DNA from: Parcubacteria group bacterium | GTDB lineage: Bacteria; Patescibacteriota; Minisyncoccia; Moranbacterales; UBA2206 | Direction of reading: 5' to 3' | Length of the DNA stretch: 62,182 nucleotides | Assembly (NCBI GenBank): GCA_041675165.1 | Contig: JBAYUI010000003.1 | Span: forward strand, 1-62,182 | Shown: positions 1-9,723 of the stretch, one piece after another | Layout of the letters: each line of letters opens with the position of its first letter | How positions within the stretch are numbered: the first letter of the stretch is position 1 | Position numbers and translations under genes: made by a program | The notes under the pieces: generated by a model | Databases searched by the model: none | What the model saw: only the letters and a program-made list of their open reading frames with translations | What the model was told of the DNA's origin: nothing

Positions 1-62
1 CTTACTTTGGTTGTAGAAAAAGATTCCATATGATATTTGAGTTAAGTTATTTTAAATCTGCT

Positions 63-3000
63 TTATATGTTCTGTTCTTCTTTTTCTCCTTCTTCTTCGC
101 TTTTCGCTCCCGTCAGTTCGACATTGAGCCCCAAGCCTTTGAGCTCGCTCACCAGCACATGGAAAGAAGCAGGGATATTCGGACTCTTGATCACTTCACC
201 CTTGATGATTGATTCATAGGCTTTGCTCCTGCCCATTACATCATCGGATTTGATGGTCAACATTTCTTGCAAAGTATAAGCCGCGCCATAACCTTCCAAG
301 GCCCACACTTCCATTTCTCCGAAACGCTGTCCTCCGAATTGCGCCTTACCGCCCAAAGGTTGCTGAGTGATGAGGGAATATGGTCCGATGGAACGCATAT
401 GAATCTTATCGTCCACCAAATGATGTAGCTTCATAACATACATCACACCCACTGTTGATTCATTATCGAAAAAGTCTCCTGTTCTTCCGTTAATCAGTTT
501 TATCTTGCCGGTTTCCGGCAGTCCCGCCTTCTTGAGCTCGGCTCTGATCTGGTCCTCGGTCACACCGTCCAAAGGAGCGGTAGCCGCCTTATAACCGAGC
601 TTCAAACCGGCCCAACCCAGATGAGTTTCCAGGATCTGTCCGATATTCATACGACTGGCCACGCCGAGCGGGTTCAAGATCATATCTACAGGCGTACCAT
701 CCGGCAAGTACGGCATATCCTCAACAGGAGCCACTCGTGAAATCACACCTTTGTTGCCATGCCGTCCCGCCAATTTGTCTCCGACGGAAATTTTCTTGAG
801 TTGCGCGACACTGACTTGGATCTGTTGGATGACACCCGTTGAAAGTTTGTCGCCTTGTTCGCGTGAGAAAATTTTGATATCCACCACCTTGCCATATTCG
901 CCGTGTGGCAGATAAAGAGAACTGTCTTTCACGTCTCTGGATTTTTCTCCAAAGATGGCACGCAGCAATCTTTCTTCGCTAGTCAGATCACCCTCGCCTT
1001 TCGGAGAGATTTTTCCGACCAAAATATCGCCGGAAGAAACTTCCGCGCCGATCCTGATGATTCCTGTTTCGTCCAGATTTTTAAGACGTTCTTCGCCGAT
1101 ATTCGGAATGTCGCGCGTCACCACCTCCGGTCCGAGTTTGGTGTCTCTCACGTCGATTGAAAAATCTTCAATATGGATGGAGCTGTAACGGTCATCTTGC
1201 ACCAGTTTCTCAGAAATGATAATGGCATCTTCATAGTTGGAACCTTCCCACGGAATGAAAGCCACCATAATATTTTGTCCCAGAGACAATTCACCATTAT
1301 CCGTGGAAGCTCCATCCGCCAACAGTTGGCCTTTTTTCACCACTTGTCCTTTCGCGACGCGCGGAATCTGGTTCATTGAAGTGAAGGCATTTGATTTCAC
1401 AAAAGTTTGCAGCCGATATTCTCTTTTTATGTAAGGTTTTTTCGCTCCCGCTGGTGCTTCTTCTTTGACAATGATATGATCAGCGTCCACTTCCACGATT
1501 TCTCCAGCCGCCTTTGAGATAACTACCTGTCCGGAATCGGCCGCCGCTTTATCTTCAATGCCGGTTCCGACAATCGGAGATTCCGGTTTCACACAGGACA
1601 CAGCCTGGCGCTGCATATTCGAACCCATAAGAGCACGGTTGGCATCATCATGTTCCAAGAATGGAATGAGCGCCGTCGCCACCGAGATACACTGCTTGGC
1701 ACTGACATCGATGTAATCCAATTTGGAAGCTTCGATTTCGGTCGCTTGGCTTTTCACTCTCGCACCCAAGATCTCCGCCATAATATTGCCATCGTCATCC
1801 ACATCGATTCCGCTGGAAGCGATATTTTTCCGGTCTTCTTTAGTCGCATTCAAATAATCGATCTCTTGGCTTATCCAGGGTTTGATTTTCACTGTCTTCT
1901 TTTCTTTTATCTTGGAAATTTTTTCCGCCATATTTTCATCAACCTTCGTTCCGGCAGAAAATTCCCCGACTTTTTCATCTAAAATTTTTCCAATAAGCAA
2001 TTCTTTCTCATTTTTCACTTCATGATAGATCTTAAGATAGGGCGTTTCCAAAAAGCCGTAAGAATTGACACGGGTATAGGTCGCCAAATGTCCCACCAGA
2101 CCGATGTTCGGACCTTCTGGAGTTTCTACGGGGCAGATACGGCCATAATGGGAAGGATGCACATCACGCACTTCGAAACCGGCCCGTTCTCTGGTGAGCC
2201 CACCTGGTCCCATCGCGCTTATTCGGCGTTTGTGTTCCAGCTCGGCCAACGGGTTGACCTGGTCCATAAATTGGGACAACTGCGAAGAGGAAAAAAATTC
2301 TTTGATAGCGGCCGCGATCGGACGGGAATTGACCAGTTGCCCAGGCACGACTGTCAAAAGATCACAAGTACTCATCCGGTCTTTGATATTGCGCACCGTT
2401 CGCGCGAAACCGACCCGCAATTTGTTCTGGATGAGTTCTCCGACGCTGCGCACTCGTCTGTTGCCCAAGTGGTCGATATCGTCAGCCATAGACATAGGAT
2501 CATTGTTGAGACGGATGATTTCTTTGATGATCAGATTCAAGTCTTCTTTAGTCAAGATGCGATGAGCTTCGTCATCCGGCATTTCGATGTCCAATCTTTG
2601 GTTCAAGCGGTAACGTCCCACGCCGCCGAAGTCATATTTTTCAAAACTGAAAAACATCGAGTCCACCACCGATTTAGCGTTCGATTCAGTGGCCAGATCT
2701 CCCGGTCGGATCCGCTTATAGACTTCTTTATATCCTTCGCCTTGGCTCTTAGTGGCGTCTTTTTCAATGGTCTTTTCGATGTAGCGGGTTTCTCCATTGT
2801 CGATATCTTTGAAAATTTCGGTCAGTGATTTATCGTTCGAATAGCCAAAAGCACGCAAAAGTGAAGTGATGGCGATTTTTCTCTTGCGATCGATCTTCAC
2901 GAAGATCGCACCGTCAAAGTCAGTTTCCAGCTCGAGCCAAGCTCCACGGTTCGGGATGATTTTGGCTCCGAAAAGTTTCTTGCCCTTGACATAGTTCATC

Positions 3001-3467
3001 GTGAAAAACACACCGGGGCTTCTTATAATCTGACTGACCACCACTCTTTCCACTCCGTTTATGATGAATGTGCCTCGCTCGGTCATCAGCGGGAAATCGC
3101 CCAGATACACCTCTTGCTCTTTCACCTCTCCGGTCTTTTTGATAATCAGTTGGACTTTGCAGCGTAAAGGCGCTTCATAAGAGATATTTTTGCTCTTGGC
3201 CAGCACTTCATCATATTTCGGTTCGTCCAGATAATATTCGCCAAAAGACAATTCCAAATCTTTTTCCGTGAAATCCGCAATCGGGTTGACTTCTTGCAAA
3301 AGTTCCTTGAGGCCTTTCTCCAAAAACCAATCGTATGAATCAGTCTGCGATTCGATCAAGTTCGGCAGAGACACCATCGACATGGTTTTGAAAAATTTTC
3401 GCTTGGACAAGGACGATTCTGAGCTGAAAATTTTCTTAACTTTCAACTTTTTTTCAATTTTAGTCAT
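63..3467 (-). CDS. rpoB: DNA-directed RNA polymerase subunit beta
   Basis: 1134 aa; hallmark motifs GTFIINGVERVVVSQ, GRICPVETPEGPNIGL, GDKLAGRHGNKGV, GGQRFGEMEVWALEGY. Confidence 0.99.
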   Translation of the reverse strand: MTKIEKKLKVKKIFSSESSLSKRKFFKTMSMVSLPNLIESQTDSYDWFLEKGLKELLQEVNPIADFTEKDLELSFGEYYLDEPKYDEVLAKSKNISYEAPLRCKVQLIIKKTGEVKEQEVYLGDFPLMTERGTFIINGVERVVVSQIIRSPGVFFTMNYVKGKKLFGAKIIPNRGAWLELETDFDGAIFVKIDRKRKIAITSLLRAFGYSNDKSLTEIFKDIDNGETRYIEKTIEKDATKSQGEGYKEVYKRIRPGDLATESNAKSVVDSMFFSFEKYDFGGVGRYRLNQRLDIEMPDDEAHRILTKEDLNLIIKEIIRLNNDPMSMADDIDHLGNRRVRSVGELIQNKLRVGFARTVRNIKDRMSTCDLLTVVPGQLVNSRPIAAAIKEFFSSSQLSQFMDQVNPLAELEHKRRISAMGPGGLTRERAGFEVRDVHPSHYGRICPVETPEGPNIGLVGHLATYTRVNSYGFLETPYLKIYHEVKNEKELLIGKILDEKVGEFSAGTKVDENMAEKISKIKEKKTVKIKPWISQEIDYLNATKEDRKNIASSGIDVDDDGNIMAEILGARVKSQATEIEASKLDYIDVSAKQCISVATALIPFLEHDDANRALMGSNMQRQAVSCVKPESPIVGTGIEDKAAADSGQVVISKAAGEIVEVDADHIIVKEEAPAGAKKPYIKREYRLQTFVKSNAFTSMNQIPRVAKGQVVKKGQLLADGASTDNGELSLGQNIMVAFIPWEGSNYEDAIIISEKLVQDDRYSSIHIEDFSIDVRDTKLGPEVVTRDIPNIGEERLKNLDETGIIRIGAEVSSGDILVGKISPKGEGDLTSEERLLRAIFGEKSRDVKDSSLYLPHGEYGKVVDIKIFSREQGDKLSTGVIQQIQVSVAQLKKISVGDKLAGRHGNKGVISRVAPVEDMPYLPDGTPVDMILNPLGVASRMNIGQILETHLGWAGLKLGYKAATAPLDGVTEDQIRAELKKAGLPETGKIKLINGRTGDFFDNESTVGVMYVMKLHHLVDDKIHMRSIGPYSLITQQPLGGKAQFGGQRFGEMEVWALEGYGAAYTLQEMLTIKSDDVMGRSKAYESIIKGEVIKSPNIPASFHVLVSELKGLGLNVELTGAKSEEEGEKEEQNI

Positions 3468-3777
3468 AAAAATAAGGCCCGTTTTGCCCGTTTTACGAAT
3501 TTTTTCGTGAAACGAAACAATACCGATGGGATTATAAAAAGGTATTTAATTATTTAATTTTATTGTTCAGAATTTTGAAATCCTAAAGACTTTTTAGGAT
3601 ATAAAAAGCAATAAATTTGAGGTAATGGTATTATACACGAAACGAAAAATAATGCAAGTGCCTTGCAGTCCAGATTCACCCATATAAATTTTTGTTGCAG
3701 TTTTTAGGAGTTTTTCGTCAAAAACGCTTCTCCTTATCCCTATTTTACTCCTCCCAAAAATCCTGTCAATGCCCGTC

Positions 3778-4041
3778 TTATCCACAGGTAAAATTCCAAG
3801 TCTCCGCCACCGTACGCGCAATCCGCGTAGTCGTGAACGCATCGTCCTGATCACTCAAAACCCGCACTTTCTCCACCTCTTTCACCTCCAGTTTGTTCCT
3901 CTTGAGCAATTCGTCAATCACCGGCAAAAGTTTCTTGGAAAGACTATGCTCTTCCACGATTTCCAGGCTGTCCACCTCTTTTTTACCGTCTAAGAGCTTG
4001 ATTTTAACCTTTTTTTCTTTAATTTCAATTAAAATTTCCAT
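3778..4041 (-). CDS. Short TsaB/YeaZ-like protein (N-terminal half only, degenerate)
   Basis: HSLSKKLLPVIDELLKRNKL...FTTTRIARTVA resembles the TsaB segment HSxxLLPxIDxLL...FTGLRIG; start placed at MEIL (4041), just after the amidase stop. Confidence 0.55.
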   Translation of the reverse strand: MEILIEIKEKKVKIKLLDGKKEVDSLEIVEEHSLSKKLLPVIDELLKRNKLEVKEVEKVRVLSDQDDAFTTTRIARTVAETWNFTCG

Positions 4042-4051
4042 AATTTTAGCT

Positions 4052-4843
4052 TTACTTTTCTTTCCCTCCAACCTTCCCCCAATCAAAATTCCACGGGTCG
4101 TCTTTGCGATCCGGAGCGATGTCGGAGTGGCCGAGGACGTATTTGATGTTATGTTCCCCTTTCAAGTAACTAATGAGACTTTTGAGCGCGCTATATTGAG
4201 CGGAATTAGGACTGTCTGATTTCGTTTCCACCACTTCAATACCGATGGAAAAATTGTTGACATTCGTGCGGCCGTCCGGCATCTTGGAGACTCCGGCGTG
4301 ATAGGCAATGTTCTGATCCGCCACTAAACGGTACACTTTGCCATCGCGGCCGATGATATAGTGCGGCGAAACGCCGTTCGGCTTGTATTCTTTGTTGATA
4401 ATATCATCCAAATCATATTCATCGCTGCCGACAGCGTTGTACGACGAATGGATGACAATGGTATCAATTTTTCTTCCGCTAGATTTGGCAAATCCCCAGC
4501 TGACCAAACGGTCGGTGATTTTGAATTTAGGAGTACTCACCGAGGCAGAATCCGCATTTTTATCGGCATTTTCTGGCACTGTGGCCACAGGAGCAGTAGT
4601 GTCCGCAGAACCTTCTTTAGTGGCAGCCGCGGGAGATTCTACTTTCTGATAATCATCCGCTTGAGGTTGCTGCGTATCCACAGAATTATTATTCTTCGCA
4701 TTCTCTTCCGCCGGAGCTTGCACTGCTTGATCATTATTCAAATTTATTTCCGTTTTTTTGGCCACATTCCCAAAAGAACACCCAGAAAAAACCCCAGCGG
4801 CCAAGACAACATATACTAATTTTATATTCAGATATTTTTGCAT
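4052..4843 (-). CDS. N-acetylmuramoyl-L-alanine amidase (Amidase_2), putative lipoprotein
   Basis: Lipobox-like FSGC; low-complexity linker; IVIHSS, VSPHYIIGRDG, IAYHAG, SIGIE, GHSDIAPDRKDDP catalytic motifs. Confidence 0.9.
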   Translation of the reverse strand: MQKYLNIKLVYVVLAAGVFSGCSFGNVAKKTEINLNNDQAVQAPAEENAKNNNSVDTQQPQADDYQKVESPAAATKEGSADTTAPVATVPENADKNADSASVSTPKFKITDRLVSWGFAKSSGRKIDTIVIHSSYNAVGSDEYDLDDIINKEYKPNGVSPHYIIGRDGKVYRLVADQNIAYHAGVSKMPDGRTNVNNFSIGIEVVETKSDSPNSAQYSALKSLISYLKGEHNIKYVLGHSDIAPDRKDDPWNFDWGKVGGKEK

Positions 4844-5002
4844 ATCAAAAGTTTAACACAAAACACTCCCCATTAAAAATGACAGAAGCGTTTGCAAACA
4901 TATTAAAATTATAAAAAATATTTTTATTATTTCGCCATCAAATCTTTTTTCTTTGCCTCAAATTCTTCCTTGCTTATCTCACTCTTGGCATAGCATTCTT
5001 TC

Positions 5003-5404
5003 TTATTCCGCGACAGGTCTGAATTTCAGTGCCACCCCATTCATACAATATCTCTTGCCGCTCGGTGCTGGTCCGTCCGGAAAAACATGCCCGAGATGCG
5101 ACTCGCAGCGTGCACACAGCACTTCTGTCCGTTCCACCCCCAACGCCCAATCTTCTTTTTCTTCGAGATTCTCCGGCAGATATGGTTCATAGAAACTCGG
5201 CCAACCAGTGCCGGATTCGAATTTGGTGCCCGATTTGAAAAGCGGCAAATCGCAGGCGGCGCAATGATAAATTCCTTCGCCTTTGAATTGTTTGAGTTCA
5301 CAAGCGAAAGGCCGCTCGGTGTTTTTTTCACGCATGACAGCGTACTGCTCCGGCGTCAGAATTTTTTCCCATTCCTCTTCAGTTTTTTGGATCTTTTCAA
5401 TCAT
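5003..5404 (-). CDS. msrB: Peptide-methionine (R)-S-oxide reductase
   Basis: KFESGTGWPSF, RTEVLCARCESHLGHVFPDGP, RYCMNG. Confidence 0.97.
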   Translation of the reverse strand: MIEKIQKTEEEWEKILTPEQYAVMREKNTERPFACELKQFKGEGIYHCAACDLPLFKSGTKFESGTGWPSFYEPYLPENLEEKEDWALGVERTEVLCARCESHLGHVFPDGPAPSGKRYCMNGVALKFRPVAE

Positions 5405-5423
5405 AAGACTCTTTGAAAAATTA

Positions 5424-5972
5424 TTAAACCTCTTGTTTCATTAGTCCCTGACATTTGTCGCGCAACTTTTTCAATTTCGGATCGATCACGACCCGGCAAT
5501 AGGGCGAGTTTTTATTCCTTTCATAATATGAATGATGATAATCTTCGGCCGGATAAAATTTCGAAAGCATCCCGACTTCAGTCACAACATTCAGGCCATC
5601 TTCGGCCTTCAGTCCGGCGATAAATTTTTCCGCTTCTTCTTTCTGTTCAGCAGTTTTGCACAAGATGAGCGAACGATATTGTGTTCCCGCATCATTCCCT
5701 TGCCGATTGAGCGTGGTCGGATCATGCGTCGCAAAAAAGACCGTCAGGAGATCCTCAAAATGAATTTTAGAAGGGTCATATCCGATTTCAATCACTTCCG
5801 CGTGTCCAGTCCTTCCACTGGAAACTTGATCATAAGTCGGATCCTTTGTTTCTCCTCCGGCGTAGCCGGGATGCACCGACAATATTCCGCGCAGACGAGC
5901 AAAAATTGCCTCTGCGCACCAAAAGCATCCCCCACCAAAAACTATTTTTTCTTTTTTTATACTCTGAAACAT
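5424..5972 (-). CDS. msrA: Peptide-methionine (S)-S-oxide reductase
   Basis: GGGCFWC, GYAGG, HDPTTLNRQGNDAGTQYRS, AEDYHHSY; start uncertain (5972 or 6008). Confidence 0.96.
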   Translation of the reverse strand: MFQSIKKEKIVFGGGCFWCAEAIFARLRGILSVHPGYAGGETKDPTYDQVSSGRTGHAEVIEIGYDPSKIHFEDLLTVFFATHDPTTLNRQGNDAGTQYRSLILCKTAEQKEEAEKFIAGLKAEDGLNVVTEVGMLSKFYPAEDYHHSYYERNKNSPYCRVVIDPKLKKLRDKCQGLMKQEV

Positions 5973-6028
5973 GTTGGTTATTAAATTACCGCGCGACTGC
6001 ACGTTCATAATACAATCTCCCACATTTT

Positions 6029-6760
6029 TTATTTTCCGCAAACATACAGACACGGGTCAATCCAGTCGGAAAGCGCAGCCTTGCTTTGCACGTAGCCCAA
6101 AATGCTGACCGCCGCCCCTTCATAGATTCCAAGGTGCAAGTGTTTTCTCTCGCCACTTGTCTCTGCGCTTTTGTTAGCACCTAAAATTCCCAGTGTATCG
6201 CCAGCCACCAATTTGTCCCCAACTTTGACAGGGATGCTTGAAAGTTTCAAATGGCCATACACGACCGTAATGGGAGCGCCGTTCAATGTGCACGTCTCCA
6301 CTGCCACCCCGCCGTAGCCCGAGGCATATTCTTTGAGTAGAAGTTTTCCATTGCAAATAGCATTCACTTGCACATCAGCCTTCAGTTCTTCCGGAAAAAT
6401 TTCAAAATCAGTGCCTGTATGATAGCCATGAAATTTTTCCGGTTGCACCGGGGAAGTTTGCGGGGTGATGAAAATGCCAAATGGTTTTTTCGTAACACGT
6501 TCTGCAGCCCGTGACAAAGGCGGCATAAAACCAGGCACCTTAACATCCGCAGGATTATTCTGTCCACCCATAACTGGGGCTGATTGAGCAGAATTCGCCG
6601 ACATAGTTTCGTTATTCACGACACTATTTTGTCCGGATAGTATTTTTTGTGACACTGGAATTGCTGGCGACATCAGGTGAAAACGAAACCGCGAAAAAAC
6701 AACTGCTGCAATTATTGCCAGCAACAAAAGAAATAATAAAATTATTTTTTTCTTGGTCAT
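6029..6760 (-). CDS. M23 family metallopeptidase with N-terminal membrane anchor
   Basis: HTGTD and HLHLG zinc motifs, YGHL; hydrophobic N-terminus. Confidence 0.9.
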   Translation of the reverse strand: MTKKKIILLFLLLLAIIAAVVFSRFRFHLMSPAIPVSQKILSGQNSVVNNETMSANSAQSAPVMGGQNNPADVKVPGFMPPLSRAAERVTKKPFGIFITPQTSPVQPEKFHGYHTGTDFEIFPEELKADVQVNAICNGKLLLKEYASGYGGVAVETCTLNGAPITVVYGHLKLSSIPVKVGDKLVAGDTLGILGANKSAETSGERKHLHLGIYEGAAVSILGYVQSKAALSDWIDPCLYVCGK

Positions 6761-6888
6761 CGGAATGATTATAATAATCTAAAACTATTACAATACATCT
6801 CCTATAAAGTTTCCACCAAGCGGAAGTTTTTATCGCAACAAACTTGAAGATGCTAACATGCTAAAATGTTAACATGCTGCAATGATTC

Positions 6889-6962
6889 TGGTCGGAGTGC
6901 TGGGAATTGAACCCAGTCGACATGCTCCCAAAGCATGCGTACTACCGGTATACGACACTCCG
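6889..6962 (-). tRNA. tRNA-Pro(TGG)
   Basis: Reverse complement folds as a cloverleaf; anticodon arm CATGC-TTTGGGA-GCATG; encoded CCA. Confidence 0.97.
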
Positions 6963-7115
6963 CTTTCCTCATCGCATGATGAGGTCGCCAATGAGGCGAC
7001 AACTTGACTTCATCAATACTATCCTCAATTTAAACACAAGTCAACCATCTTTTTGTAAATTTTACAATCCTTCAATTTATTGGTATAATATAGTTATAAA
7101 AATTCAAAAACAAAA

Positions 7116-7799
7116 ATGAAACAAACCATTGAGACAAAATTGGGGGTGACAATAATTTTAATTTTTGCGGTGACGGTCGGGGCGTTTGTGTGGAGGTGGG
7201 AAAAAGAGCAAGAGCAAAATGTTGTTGTAGGAATGCAGCAATCAATTGTTAATGCAAAAAAACAAGCATCAACACGAACATCAGCAATATATCAACAAGA
7301 TCAAACAAAAACGCAACCAGCAGTAACTAACAATTCTAGGCCAACTGCCATTGTTAAAATTAGTAGTGATAAAAAAAATTGGAAAAATTTTCAGGATACT
7401 AAAAGTGGTCTTAAATTAAGCTACCCATCCGAATTATCCGTAAACACATCACGAAAAGATATTATTTTAGGTATATATTCAATAAGTCATGACGATCCTT
7501 ATTATGGAGTGCCTGACGCCATGATAATGAATCAACTTACAATTCGTTCTGAGCAAAGAAATATAGATGATGTTATTAAAGAACAACAAGAAAATAATCC
7601 TAGTAATTTTACACAAAAAGGAATAAAAATTAATAACATTTCCGCAAAGCAGATATCGTATAGAGGCGCTTATGCAGGAGAATTGTGGATTAATACACTT
7701 ATAAAAAATGGATATGATACCATTATAGTTTCTTATCCTGGAGATAACCAAGAAAACGTAGATCTTTTCGAAAAAATAATTACTACCATACAGCTTTAA
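7116..7799 (+). CDS. Membrane-anchored hypothetical protein (PsbP-like C-terminal domain suspected)
   Basis: Single N-terminal TM helix; WKNFQDTKSGLKLSYP motif typical of PsbP-related CPR proteins; AT-rich. Confidence 0.5.
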   Translation: MKQTIETKLGVTIILIFAVTVGAFVWRWEKEQEQNVVVGMQQSIVNAKKQASTRTSAIYQQDQTKTQPAVTNNSRPTAIVKISSDKKNWKNFQDTKSGLKLSYPSELSVNTSRKDIILGIYSISHDDPYYGVPDAMIMNQLTIRSEQRNIDDVIKEQQENNPSNFTQKGIKINNISAKQISYRGAYAGELWINTLIKNGYDTIIVSYPGDNQENVDLFEKIITTIQL

Positions 7800-7820
7800 A
7801 TTAATCAGACAGGAAATTTA

Positions 7821-7853
7821 AAAGGGGTCTTGCATTTTTTGCAAAACCCCTTT
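7821..7853. terminator. Bidirectional hairpin between convergent genes
   Basis: aaaggggtcttgca...tgcaaaacccctttg between the stops at 7799 and 7878. Confidence 0.65.
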
Positions 7854-7877
7854 GTTTCTTAGCTACAATTCGAAATA

Positions 7878-9170
7878 TTATTCGTATGTGGCAGTTTCTG
7901 GGTCAATAAATTTTTCGGGAAACGCAAGATAGTCACAGCCATTCGCAACGGGCAAAGCTCCCGCATAAGATTCTGGCTCACTGTATGGTGTCATACGAAT
8001 GCCGAAGTGAAAATGAGTATCACTGCCTAAATCAGCTATAGTGGCTATTTGTTGTCCCTTTGTGACCGTATCATTCACGGCTAATGTTCCGTGTTTGATA
8101 ACGTGCCAGTAAACAGTTGTAAATTGACCGTCAGTGCTTTCAATCACAATAGCATCTGCCCATTGAGCATGATTTCCCGTGAATATTTTTTTCACCACAC
8201 CATCGTGAGCCGCATTAACTTCTTCTCCTATCGCACTATCGTAATCATAGGTGGCATGCAAATCAATTCCTGCGTGCAGCTTGTATGTTCCAGTCGGGCA
8301 CTCTCCATATGTCCACGTATCGCCCCAGTAGAAGTGTGCAAGTTTTCTTCCCTCCAACGTTCCAGATAATGGAAATTGAAGTATGGGCTTAAACACCCCC
8401 ATCACCCCTAACGCTCCACTCATCGTAAACGTATGCGGATTGTCAGTGGCGGTGTTGGCACCGTTGTTCCAGCTCCAATGATCGAAGGCATAGCCGTCAC
8501 TCGGGAAAGCCTTGAGCACTACATTGGAATTGTAGGCAAAGTTTACATTGCAATAATTGTACTGACATTCTCCGCATCTGATAGTGCTGTTATCATTGCA
8601 ATCCTCATTCACCCCATCCGGCAGACTGGCTACCCCGCCGCCGGCTTCAGAGGAACGGGCAACGGTCAGAGAATAGGTAATATTGGTTCCGGCTGGCACC
8701 AATAGCTGGCCATTGGTAATTATTCCGGTCAACCCATAGGCCGACCCGCCAGAAGGAAATGTCCAAGTATTTGAAGTATTCTTCACATTAACGGTGGTTT
8801 TTATTTGATCGGAAAGTGGCTTAGTGTGATCAAGCCAAACACTTGCAGGATTCCAATTATTATAAAACCAATAACTGGAAAATTGATAGCTGCCATATTG
8901 GCCAGTATTGCATTGTATCGCTCCTATTGAAATATAGTAAGGAGCAGTATAGCCAGTTACGACATTGTTGGTGTTCCAAGCTGTAGCATCGTTGCTGTCA
9001 GTGCAATACATAAGATATTCTGTGCCATTATGATCAAAAAACTGGACATAGTTTGTGTAAGTATAGCCATTAATACTAAAAGGTAATGCATGAGGTAAAT
9101 CATGGAAAGCAAACCCCTTCGGCACGAATCCTAAAAGGCAAAACAACGTCACAAACAAGATCTTTTTCAT
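7878..9170 (-). CDS. Secreted multidomain protein with C-terminal M23 peptidase domain
   Basis: Signal peptide; repeat-domain motif VVLKAFPSDGYAFDHWS; HAGID, YWH, HFHFG; SD aaggag upstream. Confidence 0.8.
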   Translation of the reverse strand: MKKILFVTLFCLLGFVPKGFAFHDLPHALPFSINGYTYTNYVQFFDHNGTEYLMYCTDSNDATAWNTNNVVTGYTAPYYISIGAIQCNTGQYGSYQFSSYWFYNNWNPASVWLDHTKPLSDQIKTTVNVKNTSNTWTFPSGGSAYGLTGIITNGQLLVPAGTNITYSLTVARSSEAGGGVASLPDGVNEDCNDNSTIRCGECQYNYCNVNFAYNSNVVLKAFPSDGYAFDHWSWNNGANTATDNPHTFTMSGALGVMGVFKPILQFPLSGTLEGRKLAHFYWGDTWTYGECPTGTYKLHAGIDLHATYDYDSAIGEEVNAAHDGVVKKIFTGNHAQWADAIVIESTDGQFTTVYWHVIKHGTLAVNDTVTKGQQIATIADLGSDTHFHFGIRMTPYSEPESYAGALPVANGCDYLAFPEKFIDPETATYE

Positions 9171-9338
9171 TTTACAGACTCCTTTTTGGTTTGAGTTTCA
9201 ATTCGATAAAACTTTCAGGATTTCAATCTAATTTTTCGCAATCAATGGCATCACCTCCTTTTTCGGTTGAATTTTATTGTTCAAGAACTGGGAAGTGAGT
9301 GTAGCAGGGGGGGGCGAGGGTTGTCAAATTTTTGCATA

Positions 9339-9368
9339 ATAAAATCCCGCTTTCACACGGGATTTTAT
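9339..9368 (-). terminator. Intrinsic terminator after hup
   Basis: ataaaatcccg-ctttcaca-cgggattttat inverted repeat. Confidence 0.7.
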
Positions 9369-9401
9369 CACTGTCTTTTATATATCGCAATTATAAATAG
9401 A

Positions 9402-9686
9402 CTATTTGATCGCTTCTTTCAAGGCCTTGCCAGCCGTAAATTTAGGCACGGTCATGGCCGGGATAGTGATTTGTTCTTTGGTCTGAGGGTTGATGCCGAT
9501 ACGCGCCGCGCGGGCTGAAGCCCGGAAAGTCCCAAAGCCTGTAAAAGTAACTTTTTCTCCGTTCTTAAGAGCCTTGGTGATTTCATCCGTCATCGTATCA
9601 ATCATCAGTTCGATGTCTTTTTTCGATAGATCAGTTTTTTCGGCGATCTTAGACACAAGAGCGTCTTTGTTTATGTTTTTTGCCAT
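9402..9686 (-). CDS. hup: DNA-binding protein HU
   Basis: VTFTGFGTF, RIGINPQT, VPKFTAGKALK; SD ggaaggtga before MAKN. Confidence 0.96.
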   Translation of the reverse strand: MAKNINKDALVSKIAEKTDLSKKDIELMIDTMTDEITKALKNGEKVTFTGFGTFRASARAARIGINPQTKEQITIPAMTVPKFTAGKALKEAIK

Positions 9687-9723
9687 AAATATCACCTTCC
9701 TTTCTAAGTTATGTTTTTTACAA

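Noticed and set aside
3778-3786. Perfect DnaA box TTATCCACA here and at 18121-18129
   Set aside because: Two isolated 9-mers in 62 kb are near chance level; no cluster, AT-rich unwinding element or dnaA gene.
6963-7015. Hammerhead ribozyme upstream of tRNA-Pro
   Set aside because: Only UUGAUGA and a distant GAAA are present; the invariant C3 and a proper stem II are missing.
9228-9262. Strong SD (AGGAGGTGA) before a 5-7 codon minus-strand mini-ORF upstream of the M23 gene
   Set aside because: Too short to assess and start spacing is ambiguous; may be the remnant of a lost small gene.
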